Virus record (IMG/VR): IMGVR_UViG_3300033417_000036
Location: 1-33,528 of that record
Direction: 5' to 3' (one strand)
Source: a virus
Lineage: Duplodnaviria > Caudoviricetes
Length of the DNA: 33,528 nucleotides
Positions 8,540 to 17,022 of this stretch are shown here, one piece after another. Made by a program: the position numbers and the translations under genes. The number at the start of each line of letters is the position of its first letter. Positions within the stretch are counted from its first letter, which is position 1. Below the pieces are notes generated by a model. It made no database searches. It saw only the letters and a list, made by a program, of their open reading frames with translations, and was not told where the DNA came from.

Positions 8540-10627
8540 TTATCCGCCTGAACTGGCGGCATCCATCAAGGCGAGAAGCTCGTCTCTTGATAGTTCTTGC
8601 TGGGTGATAGCGGCACCTTCGGCCGATGCTTGTGAGCCAGCGAAATCAATAGCCCCGCCAACATCTCCGCTTAGTTCATCAAGAACCGTTTGCTGGTCAA
8701 CGGCTGGCGCAGCGTTATCAATCCCAAGGTCTAGGTTGGGGTCTACTGGCACTTGTTCGGACCCATTACCATGAGGCACAGAAGCCAGGGCGGGGCCACC
8801 AGCCTGAGCCCTAAGCTGTTGCTGAGCGGCTTCCTCAGCGGCAAGAGTCTCGTGTGCTTGGATATGTGCAGCGTACAAGTCCTTGAGCTTCGATGTCATC
8901 GTCTCGTATCGAGCCGACTTACGGAAATTGTTATGCTCAGCAATGTGTTCGGAATGGTTATCGAAGTTCTCAGGGATCATCACCTTACCCTGTGCCATCG
9001 CCGAGTTCTCACGGCGAGCACGGTCAATATCTGGCCGCACGGCTGCGATGAGTTGGCGCTCACCCGGCAACTCAGCCACCCGAGTCATCTCCTCCAGAGT
9101 GGAAATCATGCCCATCTGCAACAGTGTCTCGGCGAGCTTGGCTTGGGCGGCCCGGCTGCGGGGAGCCACTAATTCGATTGGAACAACGGCCGTCGTCTGA
9201 CCGGCGAGAGTGGCCCCCGTCCAGGATGTAGTTTCAGGCGGCTCGCCGGGCCTGGAGGTAACAGCGGTGCGGGTTTCCTTCACGTTGGCTTCGTACAGCT
9301 TGAGAACCATCGACCCGACCTCGCTCCACATTTGGGCGTTGTCGGACGACATTTTGCCGATTGGGGTGGCGTCTTGTTCAGCCAGCACGGCCAGCCCGTA
9401 CCCGGACTCGATGTTGGCGGGGGCTTGGCCTCGGCTAACATCATGCACACCCAGCATATCGTCTATTTGGGCCGAAAGCTCGCCCGGCATTTGCAGCAAC
9501 CAGTTCGGTAGTTGGGGAGGCGACAACCAACTTGGCCGATCCCCCCCGTCCATATACACAGCCACCTCGCCGGGAATGTCTGAATACTGCTCGGTCAACT
9601 CTAGGGCCGATTGAGGGGTGAGCAGGCGAGCGTTCCCGGCGATATCGGCGTGCTCTAGCAGGTCCGACCACGCCATGTTGTAAGCAACCTGTACGGGGCG
9701 TGCAGCCGACACGATCGTCTCGCCAAGCCAGGTATTCTCAACCACTGTTTCTCGGGTGGTCGCTAGGTTGAGGTGATCCACGAACGGGAAAGGCCACTTC
9801 TTAGGCCCCCAAACAGTCTTGTTATTGACAATAACCTCGACCCGTCCATCTGGACGAGAAGGGTTTGGGCGCTCGTAGTAAGTGAGCACAAGTGTGAGAG
9901 GAACATCAGCCACACTCTCGTTGGGACCACTCAGCCCGAGGTGCTGCGCTGATGCCAGTGCCTTCTCCAACGACGATAGCCCGGCGGTGGCGTCGGCCGG
10001 GGGTAGTTCCTCTAAGCCCCATTGGGCTTTGACGGCTTCCGGTGTGAACGTTTGGGCCTTGATCCACCAGTTAGCCTCTCGGGCTTCCCGGTTACCTGGT
10101 TCAACTACGAACTCGGCCACGCTCAGGGCCGTCTCCTGGGTGTCGCCGCTAGGGAGTTTGCGACCGTCATCAGCCAAGGCAGTTGGTTTGCCTTTGGTGG
10201 CATCCCAATCGACACAGACAGCGGCGACTCCGCCTTTCCATGTTGACCACGCCACTGATTCTCTGATCGACTCCCACCGGTGCTCGGTCTTGACCGCATG
10301 GAGAATGGCGTCACCGACCTTCGACCCTTCGATGGCGATGTCATCAGCACTGTTCGGAACCACCTCAAACACAAGTGGCCGTTGAGTTAGTTTCGAGATG
10401 ACGGTTCGGCTGCCGCCCCACAACCGGTTGATGGTCACTCGCACCCGGTCCTGATCGACTGGCACCTGGTCGAGACGGCGGGTTGACGGGTTGAAGTAGA
10501 CCCACTGGTCACCACGCAGAAAGGCACTATTCAACCAGAAGTCCCGGTTGGTGCGCCTTTGTGCTCGTAGACCCTTGTGGTAAAGATCACGAATGGTGTG
10601 GTTCTCAGTGTCGGTCTTCCTAGCCAC
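8540..10627 (-). CDS. Portal protein (P22-like, 695 aa)
   Basis: AFLRGDQW, RVTINRL, ARPVQVAYN and GVHDVSRG...ESG motifs; between terL and scaffold. Confidence 0.88.
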   Translation of the reverse strand: MARKTDTENHTIRDLYHKGLRAQRRTNRDFWLNSAFLRGDQWVYFNPSTRRLDQVPVDQDRVRVTINRLWGGSRTVISKLTQRPLVFEVVPNSADDIAIEGSKVGDAILHAVKTEHRWESIRESVAWSTWKGGVAAVCVDWDATKGKPTALADDGRKLPSGDTQETALSVAEFVVEPGNREAREANWWIKAQTFTPEAVKAQWGLEELPPADATAGLSSLEKALASAQHLGLSGPNESVADVPLTLVLTYYERPNPSRPDGRVEVIVNNKTVWGPKKWPFPFVDHLNLATTRETVVENTWLGETIVSAARPVQVAYNMAWSDLLEHADIAGNARLLTPQSALELTEQYSDIPGEVAVYMDGGDRPSWLSPPQLPNWLLQMPGELSAQIDDMLGVHDVSRGQAPANIESGYGLAVLAEQDATPIGKMSSDNAQMWSEVGSMVLKLYEANVKETRTAVTSRPGEPPETTSWTGATLAGQTTAVVPIELVAPRSRAAQAKLAETLLQMGMISTLEEMTRVAELPGERQLIAAVRPDIDRARRENSAMAQGKVMIPENFDNHSEHIAEHNNFRKSARYETMTSKLKDLYAAHIQAHETLAAEEAAQQQLRAQAGGPALASVPHGNGSEQVPVDPNLDLGIDNAAPAVDQQTVLDELSGDVGGAIDFAGSQASAEGAAITQQELSRDELLALMDAASSGG

Positions 10628-10636
10628 AGCGGCTCA

Positions 10637-10885
10637 TCACAATCCCAAGGGCCGAGGGGCCGTATCGTCAAATGAGCCCTCAACTTCGGCAATGCGGCGT
10701 TTCGGGAACCGTGGCGCTGACTTCGTTTGACCGTTGCTGCGATCTATCATGGCATACTCCTGCCCGTTGCGGGCCACGAGGGCGTTAGTGAGTCGCCTCT
10801 GCTCTCGAAGGTGGAGGGCCGTTACGGTGACAACCGAGGCCAGCGATACGAAGGACAGCACCACGAACCACACAGCCTCAATCAT
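10637..10885 (-). CDS. Small membrane-anchored protein (82 aa)
   Basis: One N-terminal hydrophobic helix (AVWFVVLSFVSLASVVTVTAL); ATGA overlap with the upstream gene. Confidence 0.65.
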   Translation of the reverse strand: MIEAVWFVVLSFVSLASVVTVTALHLREQRRLTNALVARNGQEYAMIDRSNGQTKSAPRFPKRRIAEVEGSFDDTAPRPLGL

Positions 10886-11253
10886 TCAGCACCCACCAAT
10901 CCAAACCGCTCGAACAGGCGTTCGGCCGTGTCCAGGTCCAGACGGGCAGCAGCCCGCTCGGCTTGTGCTTCGATCAGCGTGTCGTGAGCCTCATCAAGTA
11001 CCTTGGCGCATTCCTCGGCACGCTCGTTGACAGCCGATTCAAGGATCATGCCAATTTGCTGGCCGACAGCATAGGCGTGGTCATAGCACAGACCGAAACT
11101 GCCGAGGAAATCGTCTGCTACCCCTAGATCGACACATTGAGGCGCTGACCGCTCTACAGCCACAGGGGAGTGGTTGCCCCCGCAAACAAGGCAGCCCGAT
11201 CCGTGAGCCCATTTCCGTTGGGATGAGAAATTGGGGTGAGATGCTACAGACAT
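10882..11253 (-). CDS. Hypothetical Zn-finger/coiled-coil protein (123 aa)
   Basis: CLVC...CYDH putative metal ligands and a C-terminal coiled coil; RBS GGAGAGG. Confidence 0.65.
   Translation of the reverse strand: MSVASHPNFSSQRKWAHGSGCLVCGGNHSPVAVERSAPQCVDLGVADDFLGSFGLCYDHAYAVGQQIGMILESAVNERAEECAKVLDEAHDTLIEAQAERAAARLDLDTAERLFERFGLVGAE
10910..10925. promoter_or_regulatory. Possible LexA box identical to the one at 7611
   Basis: TCGAACAGGCGTTCGG. It lies inside the 3' end of a CDS (codons for AERLFE), 25 nt upstream of the next start, so it may be a coding coincidence. Confidence 0.4.
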
Positions 11254-11294
11254 AGGGGCTACCTCTCCAGGGTCACAGACGAAACGCTACGGAT

Positions 11295-11306
11295 AGTGTA
11301 ACACAC
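11295..11306 (-). promoter_or_regulatory. Extended -10 promoter (GTGTGTTACACT) for the portal operon
   Basis: Directly after the terL stop; same motif as the other late promoters. Confidence 0.6.
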
Positions 11307-11307
11307 T

Positions 11308-12864
11308 TCAAGACATCATCAGCTTCTTGGGGCGTGGTTTCTGTGAGTGCTTCTTCCTCATCTTGGCGACCTGCGCCCACGCCTTCTCGGTCGGTGTTTG
11401 CGGGGGCGGGGGTGGTGGGGCGGGCTGGTTCTGTGGAGCCTTGGAGAACTCGATGGCGGCGTAAGCGGTACAGTCTACTTGGTCGTCGTGGGCGGCCTTA
11501 TCGAAGCCAAGGTGCTCAGAGAGCCACTCCTCTTTCCACGGCAGGTCTTCGGCTGGAATCACTAGTTGGCCCTGGGTGCCGAGCGTCACAGCGGTCTGTG
11601 CCCTGGTCACTTTGTCGGTATCGGCCAACAGAGGGCGCAACAGCACCTTGCCTCGTCGCCCCAGGCGGCGGGCCGCCGACAGCATCGTTGAGCCGAAGGT
11701 CTTGTCCTCAACACCGGCCCATCGGGGACGCTCAGCCTGGGGGATTGTGCCCATACAACGATCGAACCACTCAAGGTGCTCACCGGACGGTACTTTGTCA
11801 CGGAACAAGCGCACAAGATGGAGTTTCGGGTAGGGCGGGGAAGAAGCGAACCACACGGCAATCACTGACCAGTCGGCTCGGGTCTTGAGACTGTGGGCCA
11901 GGTCCACGGTAGCGAAGTAAAACCCGTTGGCTGGGAGCTTGGTCCACGTCTTGAAGTGCGCCAACTTGAACATCTCGCCGTCTTTGGGGCGGGGGCGAAG
12001 CATGTATTGGGTGGTCCATCGCCGCTCGGATAGCGCCCTGATCTTCTCCAAGTCGGCGTTGTCATAGCGTTCAGGCACCAGCGGCTCACCTGGCTCCCGA
12101 TCGAGCGGATCGGGGTCCGGCAGCGAGTCGTCGGGTAGGGCCGGAAGCCTAACCACGTGGTCAATCATACCGGTCTTGATGGCTCGGTGCAGCACGTCAT
12201 CTTCGTGGCGGGGCGTCATCATCAGAATAACTCGGGCGCCCGGCTCCAAGCGGGACATAGCGTCGTCAACGAAGAAGTCCCACGTCTTGTTGCGGATCGT
12301 CTCGGATTGGGCTTCCTCGTCGTTCTTGATGAGGTCGTCGATGATGAGCCAATTAGCGCCTTCACCAGTGACTCGGCCGCCGGGTCCGGTGGCGAGGTAG
12401 AAGCCCCGTCCGTCGTCGGGGTGGATCGAGTAGAACTCCTTGGACTTGGAACTCCCACTAAGGCGTGGGCCAATCCCGAGTTGGGAAGACCGCTGCATGA
12501 GATTGCGGTTCTTCTCGCCGAACTTGTTCTTGGTGAAGTCGGCCGAGTAGGTGACATGGATGATCCCAGCGTGGGGGTCATTGGCGTGTATCCAGGCGGG
12601 GGCAGATTCGCTGACGATGAAGCTCTTGCCGTGGCGGGGAGGCATCAGGAGCACAAGAATCTCGCCCGGCTGCATTGCAGCGATCTTGTCCGAGACGAAG
12701 CGGGAGGCCCGGAAGTCAATAGACTCGGGGCGGGTGGCGATGGCAAAGTCAAGGGGCGAGTGTTTAGCGAGGTGGACCCGGAGGGCTTGCTTGTACGCCT
12801 CACGCTCCGCCGGGGAGGCGTAAGCCAGCAGGTCCTCGGGGATGATCTCGAAGGGGGCAGTCAC
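11308..12864 (-). CDS. terL: Terminase large subunit
   Basis: Walker A MPPRHGKS, Walker B LIIDD, RNase H-fold nuclease motifs TVDLA and HDDQVD. Confidence 0.93.
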   Translation of the reverse strand: MTAPFEIIPEDLLAYASPAEREAYKQALRVHLAKHSPLDFAIATRPESIDFRASRFVSDKIAAMQPGEILVLLMPPRHGKSFIVSESAPAWIHANDPHAGIIHVTYSADFTKNKFGEKNRNLMQRSSQLGIGPRLSGSSKSKEFYSIHPDDGRGFYLATGPGGRVTGEGANWLIIDDLIKNDEEAQSETIRNKTWDFFVDDAMSRLEPGARVILMMTPRHEDDVLHRAIKTGMIDHVVRLPALPDDSLPDPDPLDREPGEPLVPERYDNADLEKIRALSERRWTTQYMLRPRPKDGEMFKLAHFKTWTKLPANGFYFATVDLAHSLKTRADWSVIAVWFASSPPYPKLHLVRLFRDKVPSGEHLEWFDRCMGTIPQAERPRWAGVEDKTFGSTMLSAARRLGRRGKVLLRPLLADTDKVTRAQTAVTLGTQGQLVIPAEDLPWKEEWLSEHLGFDKAAHDDQVDCTAYAAIEFSKAPQNQPAPPPPPPQTPTEKAWAQVAKMRKKHSQKPRPKKLMMS

Positions 12865-12892
12865 AGCCTCTCCAGACTACTACACCGTAGAA

Positions 12893-13043
12893 CGACCAAA
12901 CCGCCACCCCAAAGGGCAGCGGCCTGGTCGGCAGACAAAGAACACCTCCCTCCCTTCTTCACCCCGGAGTCGGAAACCTATCCAGGTCACGTTGGTTGAG
13001 AAGCAAAGCCCTAAGCCGACAGCGCCGCCCCGAAGGACGACAG
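12893..13043 (-). ncRNA. Candidate ~150 nt structured RNA (sRNA or terL leader)
   Basis: Starts just after an extended -10 with a cUUCGg hairpin and ends in a 17 bp stem; the G-U pairs form only on the minus strand. Confidence 0.5.
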
Positions 13044-13048
13044 GAACT

Positions 13049-13060
13049 AGTATACCACAC
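13049..13060 (-). promoter_or_regulatory. Extended -10 promoter (GTGTGGTATACT)
   Basis: TGn-TATACT just after the endolysin stop. Confidence 0.7.
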
Positions 13061-13065
13061 TCGGT

Positions 13066-13983
13066 CTATCCTCCCAGGCGTTCTGCCAACTCCTTCACTA
13101 CCCCGTACGCTACCTGCGAATCCAGCCCCTCATCCTCGACCAATGCCTTCGCCAATGCTGCAACATCAACTCGGCCACCATCAGACAGCCCGGCCAGAAT
13201 CTCTACCGTATCAGTCTTGATCTGTCCAGGGTGGCGAGTATCGGCCAGCCGGAGAAAGAGATTCTTCGGGTACACGGTGTGGCCGCCGGAGTTGAGCAGC
13301 CCTAGAGTCTTGTCGTAGTTCAGTTCGGCCATTGACCCGTACGCCTTGCGAGAGAGTCCATCGGTCGCCCATAGGCCCCCCTCTCCTCCGTCGTCCGGGT
13401 CGTTCGTCTTACCTCGCTGGATGATGAGCATTACATTCCTCGATGTGTTGTTGTGGTGTGGAGGTTCTCGTCGATAAAGTCCGGTATGGACTCTATCACA
13501 GATAATGGTGCCCGGACAAGAAGTGGATTTCCAGTCCTTGTGGCAGTTGACGCCCAGCCCTGCACCACCCTTTGAGCGAAGATACGCCACTACGTCATGG
13601 ATGGCTCTAGAGCCTGCTGAACTGAATCCATCACCGTCCCCACCAAGATAGCACACAGCATAAGCGGAACTGTTGCCAGCATTAGTGCCATTAGCGGCAG
13701 TGCGGCGTCCGACCCATCGCCCCTCATAGGCTGATCCGTGTGGACAGATAATGCACGAATAGGCTAAATCCACCCACCCATTGTTGTCCATGTGGTAGTT
13801 CTGGATTGCTCGGACCTTGGTGGCGCAAGAGGTGTGGGGGAACGCTCCAAGGTGCGGTCCCGTCCAATGGACGGTGCTTCCATAGGAAGGCTCTAGAGGG
13901 GTGACACTACGGGCAGGACGGGCACCCCACTCTGATCGTGAGAATAGGAGCGTATCGCCACTACCGGGGAGCCAGATTGGCAC
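13066..13983 (-). CDS. Endolysin, N-acetylmuramoyl-L-alanine amidase (Amidase_2/PGRP-like) with C-terminal domain
   Basis: SRSEWGAR, TVHWT, IQNYHM..NGWVDLAY, YEGR and HKDWKSTSCPG motifs. GTG 13983 preferred for its RBS GGGAGAAGG (track start 14022). Confidence 0.9.
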   Translation of the reverse strand: MPIWLPGSGDTLLFSRSEWGARPARSVTPLEPSYGSTVHWTGPHLGAFPHTSCATKVRAIQNYHMDNNGWVDLAYSCIICPHGSAYEGRWVGRRTAANGTNAGNSSAYAVCYLGGDGDGFSSAGSRAIHDVVAYLRSKGGAGLGVNCHKDWKSTSCPGTIICDRVHTGLYRREPPHHNNTSRNVMLIIQRGKTNDPDDGGEGGLWATDGLSRKAYGSMAELNYDKTLGLLNSGGHTVYPKNLFLRLADTRHPGQIKTDTVEILAGLSDGGRVDVAALAKALVEDEGLDSQVAYGVVKELAERLGG

Positions 13984-14095
13984 GAACAGCCTTCTCCCAC
14001 TCAAGAACCTCGAACAACTCAATCAGGTCGCTAGGAACCTCGTGGCTAGCGTCCGGCCCTTCACCTTCATGCATCTCCTCGGCCGGGACGCTCAT
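13961..14095 (-). CDS. Small acidic protein (44 aa, MSVPAEEMHEGEG...)
   Basis: Below the track cutoff; ATGA overlap with the upstream stop; fills the gap before the lysin. Confidence 0.5.
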   Translation of the reverse strand: MSVPAEEMHEGEGPDASHEVPSDLIELFEVLEWEKAVRANLAPR

Positions 14096-14340
14096 TCGGC
14101 CCTCCACATATTCAAGTCGAGCAGTTCCAATTGGAGTTGGGCGGATCGGATCATACCCAACGCCTGCCAGGTCGTTGTCCCCTTGGCAACCATAAAGTTC
14201 ATGGTGCTCCCCTTGAGCGTTTGAGACTCCACAATAACCACGGCTCGGGTAGGGATCACTCCGTCGCTGAGCCGCTGTAGAGCTTCGGCTGACAAGAGGT
14301 CGGCAGCGCCAAGTTCAGGTGAGGAGGTCAAGGACACCAT
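14092..14340 (-). CDS. Hypothetical protein (82 aa)
   Basis: ATG 14340 after AGG; PTRAVVIVE...TWQALGMIR pattern seen in small actinophage proteins. Confidence 0.6.
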   Translation of the reverse strand: MVSLTSSPELGAADLLSAEALQRLSDGVIPTRAVVIVESQTLKGSTMNFMVAKGTTTWQALGMIRSAQLQLELLDLNMWRAE

Positions 14341-14353
14341 CCTATCAGATGAG

Positions 14354-15436
14354 TTAGTCGAGTAAGTAGGTGGGGCGTATCGTGGTGGATGGTGCTTCGG
14401 ATTCGGAGATCGAGTCATCGAACGTCAACGTCATGTGCTTGGCGATCGTGTCGACCGCGGTCACGCTGTCGTCTTCGGTGCGGAAGAACTCGACGGTGCG
14501 GTCGAACTGATCGGTGGCGGTCACATTGTCGGACAATCCTTTGCCGACCGTCTTGCCGGTGATCTGATCGGTGGCGGTCACGTTGTCGGAGAGGAACTTG
14601 CCGATGCTGGCGAACGACGCATCGACAGCGGTCACGTCGTCGTCGAAGGTGCGGTTGAAGCCGACTGCGAGAGCGATGACGTCAGCAACGGTCGCCTGGT
14701 CGGTGAACTCACGGTTGTAGGAGACGGTCAGAGTCGCCTGGTCGGACACGACCACGGTGTCTGTCACGGCAGGGTCGTCCCACGTGAGGATTGCCTTTCC
14801 ATCGGCACCAGCGCCATTTATGCCGCCACCGCCGCCACCAGCGGGAAACACGCCGGGGCCGCCTGTGCCGCCAGGAGCCGCACTGCCGAGCCCTCCTGCT
14901 CCGCCACCGGCGTTGCCGCCTGTGCCTGCGGTCCGGTTGGATGCTCCGTTGCCGCCGTTGGCTTGGTCGCCTGCTCCACCGCCACCACCGCCACCAGCTA
15001 CCTGCGCAGCAGCACCGCCACCACCGTTACCGCCGGAGAACGTGACGTCCCCGGTCGACTGGGCCGCTGTCCCGCCCGGACCGCCGTCACCCTGCCCGCC
15101 GAGAGCGGAGCCTCGCAGCCCGCCAGCTCCTCGACGAGCGAACACGGTGGTCGAGTCGAACGTCGAATCGGTGCCAGGGAGGCCGTTGCCTGACGATGCC
15201 GGAGCGGCACCACCCGCACCCACCACCACATCATGCGAAGTTTCAGGGGTCACTGCGACGACGGACCGGGCGTACGCCCCGCCACCACCACCACCCTGAC
15301 CGTTCACGTCGTTGGTGACACCACGACCACCCGACCCGGACCCGGCCCACAACTCGACCGTTACCTCGTCAACACCGACACCCGCATTCCACGTGAAGCT
15401 ACCGGCCTCGTTGATGACCCAACGAACCTGACCCAT
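14354..15436 (-). CDS. Glycine-rich fibre-like virion protein with C-terminal ~19 aa repeats
   Basis: Gly-rich domain (VELWAGSGSGG...GGGGGAYARS...GADGKAILTW) followed by about seven DxVTAxD repeats. Confidence 0.75.
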   Translation of the reverse strand: MGQVRWVINEAGSFTWNAGVGVDEVTVELWAGSGSGGRGVTNDVNGQGGGGGGAYARSVVAVTPETSHDVVVGAGGAAPASSGNGLPGTDSTFDSTTVFARRGAGGLRGSALGGQGDGGPGGTAAQSTGDVTFSGGNGGGGAAAQVAGGGGGGGAGDQANGGNGASNRTAGTGGNAGGGAGGLGSAAPGGTGGPGVFPAGGGGGGINGAGADGKAILTWDDPAVTDTVVVSDQATLTVSYNREFTDQATVADVIALAVGFNRTFDDDVTAVDASFASIGKFLSDNVTATDQITGKTVGKGLSDNVTATDQFDRTVEFFRTEDDSVTAVDTIAKHMTLTFDDSISESEAPSTTIRPTYLLD

Positions 15437-15438
15437 CG

Positions 15439-15603
15439 TCAGACCTCATAGGTCAGAGACACATCGGCATCCAGGCGCAACGCGTCGGCATCCATGACGA
15501 CACGCTCCACCTTCGGATGCTCGTCGACCATCGACCGTTGATGGTCGAACTCCCTGCGGGTTTCGCACTCGATCTGCCACGTACACACCGCCACGACAGT
15601 CAC
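15439..15603 (-). CDS. 54 aa protein, paralogue of upstream neighbour
   Basis: Not in track: MTVVAVCTWQIECETRREFDHQRSMVDEHPKVERVVMDADALRLDADVSLTYEV; GTGA overlap. Confidence 0.75.
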   Translation of the reverse strand: MTVVAVCTWQIECETRREFDHQRSMVDEHPKVERVVMDADALRLDADVSLTYEV

Positions 15604-15773
15604 GACCCCAACACCTCATACGTCAACAGCAGTTGAGCGTGGATTAGCCACGTCACAGGGAACGGGGTCACCTCGGCCACCTTCGGATGCTCGGTGACGG
15701 CGATCATCTGCTCGTCGTACTCCTCCTGCGACGAACACTGAATCTGCCACTCACCTACCGCAGTGACGGTCAT
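15600..15773 (-). CDS. 57 aa protein, paralogue of downstream neighbour
   Basis: RBS CAGGAGG before ATG 15773: MTVTAVGEWQIQCSSQEEYDEQMIAVTEHPKV...LTYEVLGS. Confidence 0.75.
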   Translation of the reverse strand: MTVTAVGEWQIQCSSQEEYDEQMIAVTEHPKVAEVTPFPVTWLIHAQLLLTYEVLGS

Positions 15774-15802
15774 CTCAGCCTCCTGTGGGCAACTGGTTAG
15801 GT

Positions 15803-16324
15803 CTAAGAAATTTCCAAGGTCCATGAGACGGTGAGTGAGTCATCCGCCCCTTTATTGATAACAGCAAATGAAGCACTCATCCACATATTACCGCCTCCGG
15901 CAGCGTCGAACGTGCCAGCCTCTGTCAGCGAACCAGTCGCATCGCCTGCCGCCCAATCACCCACCATCGTGACGGTCGCCGACGATCGGGTCTTGGAGGT
16001 GAGCGCATTGCGGTCTAGTTCGGTGCCGAGAGCGGTGCCGGTGGGAGTGCCAGTACCGACTGCCATGTGGGTTGGAACGGCGAGGGTCGGGGCGGCGAGG
16101 ATTTGATCAGCAATGCCGTCCCTACCGGCCGTGGTGACGGTGTTGAAATAGTGGCGTTCCGCCTTGACAGCACCATCAGCCCCACGAAGCACAATGTGGG
16201 CGTGATAGCGCCGCACCGGGCGGCCAGCCAGCCGTGCCAGTGCAAGCTGGAGGCGAGCAAAGATGGGCCGTTCGTTGGCGATTACGCCGTCGTAAGCAAC
16301 CCTGGTATGGGTGTCAGTTGTCAT
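15803..16324 (-). CDS. Tail-collar/fibre-base-like structural protein (DUF3751-like)
   Basis: NTVTTAG, HMAVGTG, LGTELDR, LTEAGTF and INKGADDSLTVSWTL motifs. Confidence 0.7.
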   Translation of the reverse strand: MTTDTHTRVAYDGVIANERPIFARLQLALARLAGRPVRRYHAHIVLRGADGAVKAERHYFNTVTTAGRDGIADQILAAPTLAVPTHMAVGTGTPTGTALGTELDRNALTSKTRSSATVTMVGDWAAGDATGSLTEAGTFDAAGGGNMWMSASFAVINKGADDSLTVSWTLEIS

Positions 16325-16526
16325 CTTGAGCTACGTCTCCTTGTTCTGTAGCACGAGCACCAGTGTCCGGGTCAAGCTGGATGCGTTCCTGGGGCTGCCA
16401 CAAACGACCACGCTTGAAGATAGGAACCAACACCCGAAACCAAGCCATCGGCCGAACCAGTCGGCGGTTGGTGGTGTCAACCGAACGGCCTTGATCGGAA
16501 ATGATGAGGCTGTGGTGAGCCATCAC
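16314..16526 (-). CDS. Small hypothetical virion-associated protein (70 aa)
   Basis: Coupled ORF; FRVLVPI..G..W.P.E.IQL...A...G.V pattern found in small head-region proteins. Confidence 0.55.
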   Translation of the reverse strand: MMAHHSLIISDQGRSVDTTNRRLVRPMAWFRVLVPIFKRGRLWQPQERIQLDPDTGARATEQGDVAQDDN

Positions 16527-16867
16527 ACAGGCTCGGTGGTGTAATGGACTGTGAACTCGACTTGGGCGGCGGCGTTCGTGACGAACTCCAACCCTTCGTT
16601 CTCAGGTAGTTCCAACAGGTAGAGGCGAGGTGTGACCCCCACAGCGAAACCTCGCTCGACTTCGGTGCCGCCTGACCCTCGAAACACGAGCACCGGAAAG
16701 GTACTGGCATCCGGGATCGTGATAGCGGCTAGATGATGTAGACGCAGTTTCTGCCCGGCACCAGGAGCCGCCACAACGGTCGTGGTTCCAGAAGCGCTTC
16801 TAGTCCCGGTGGCTGTGAGGACAGTAGGGCGAAGGAACCCGCCGACACCCTTGTATTCAACGGCCAT
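16523..16867 (-). CDS. Beta-rich putative structural protein (114 aa)
   Basis: Coupled ORF; VVAAPGAGQKLRL...ELPENEGL jelly-roll-like pattern. Confidence 0.6.
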   Translation of the reverse strand: MAVEYKGVGGFLRPTVLTATGTRSASGTTTVVAAPGAGQKLRLHHLAAITIPDASTFPVLVFRGSGGTEVERGFAVGVTPRLYLLELPENEGLEFVTNAAAQVEFTVHYTTEPV

Positions 16868-17022
16868 CAGGTGGTCCGTCTACTACGGGGGGCCTCATCC
16901 AGTGGCTCATCAAGTTTCGTCTTGACCACTTTGCTGGCCCCACGAGCCAGCCGCAACCCAATACCCCGTTTACCAGGGCCAAGCACCGCCTTGCCGCCTG
17001 GCTTCGCCAAGGCGACAGCCAT
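16867..17022 (-). CDS. Small basic protein (51 aa, MAVALAKPGGK...)
   Basis: TGATG coupling at both ends. Confidence 0.55.
   Translation of the reverse strand: MAVALAKPGGKAVLGPGKRGIGLRLARGASKVVKTKLDEPLDEAPRSRRTT

Noticed and set aside
13940-13963. Alternative lysin start GTG GCG ATA (MAIRSY) needing a frameshift
   Set aside because: No slippery sequence; an in-frame GTG with a good RBS exists at 13983.
116-17000. Many long plus-strand ORFs over the structural arm (e.g. 341..1219, 12157..12999, 14435..15193)
   Set aside because: Antisense shadows of well-supported minus-strand genes in GC-rich DNA; Ser/Arg/Pro-rich with no motifs.
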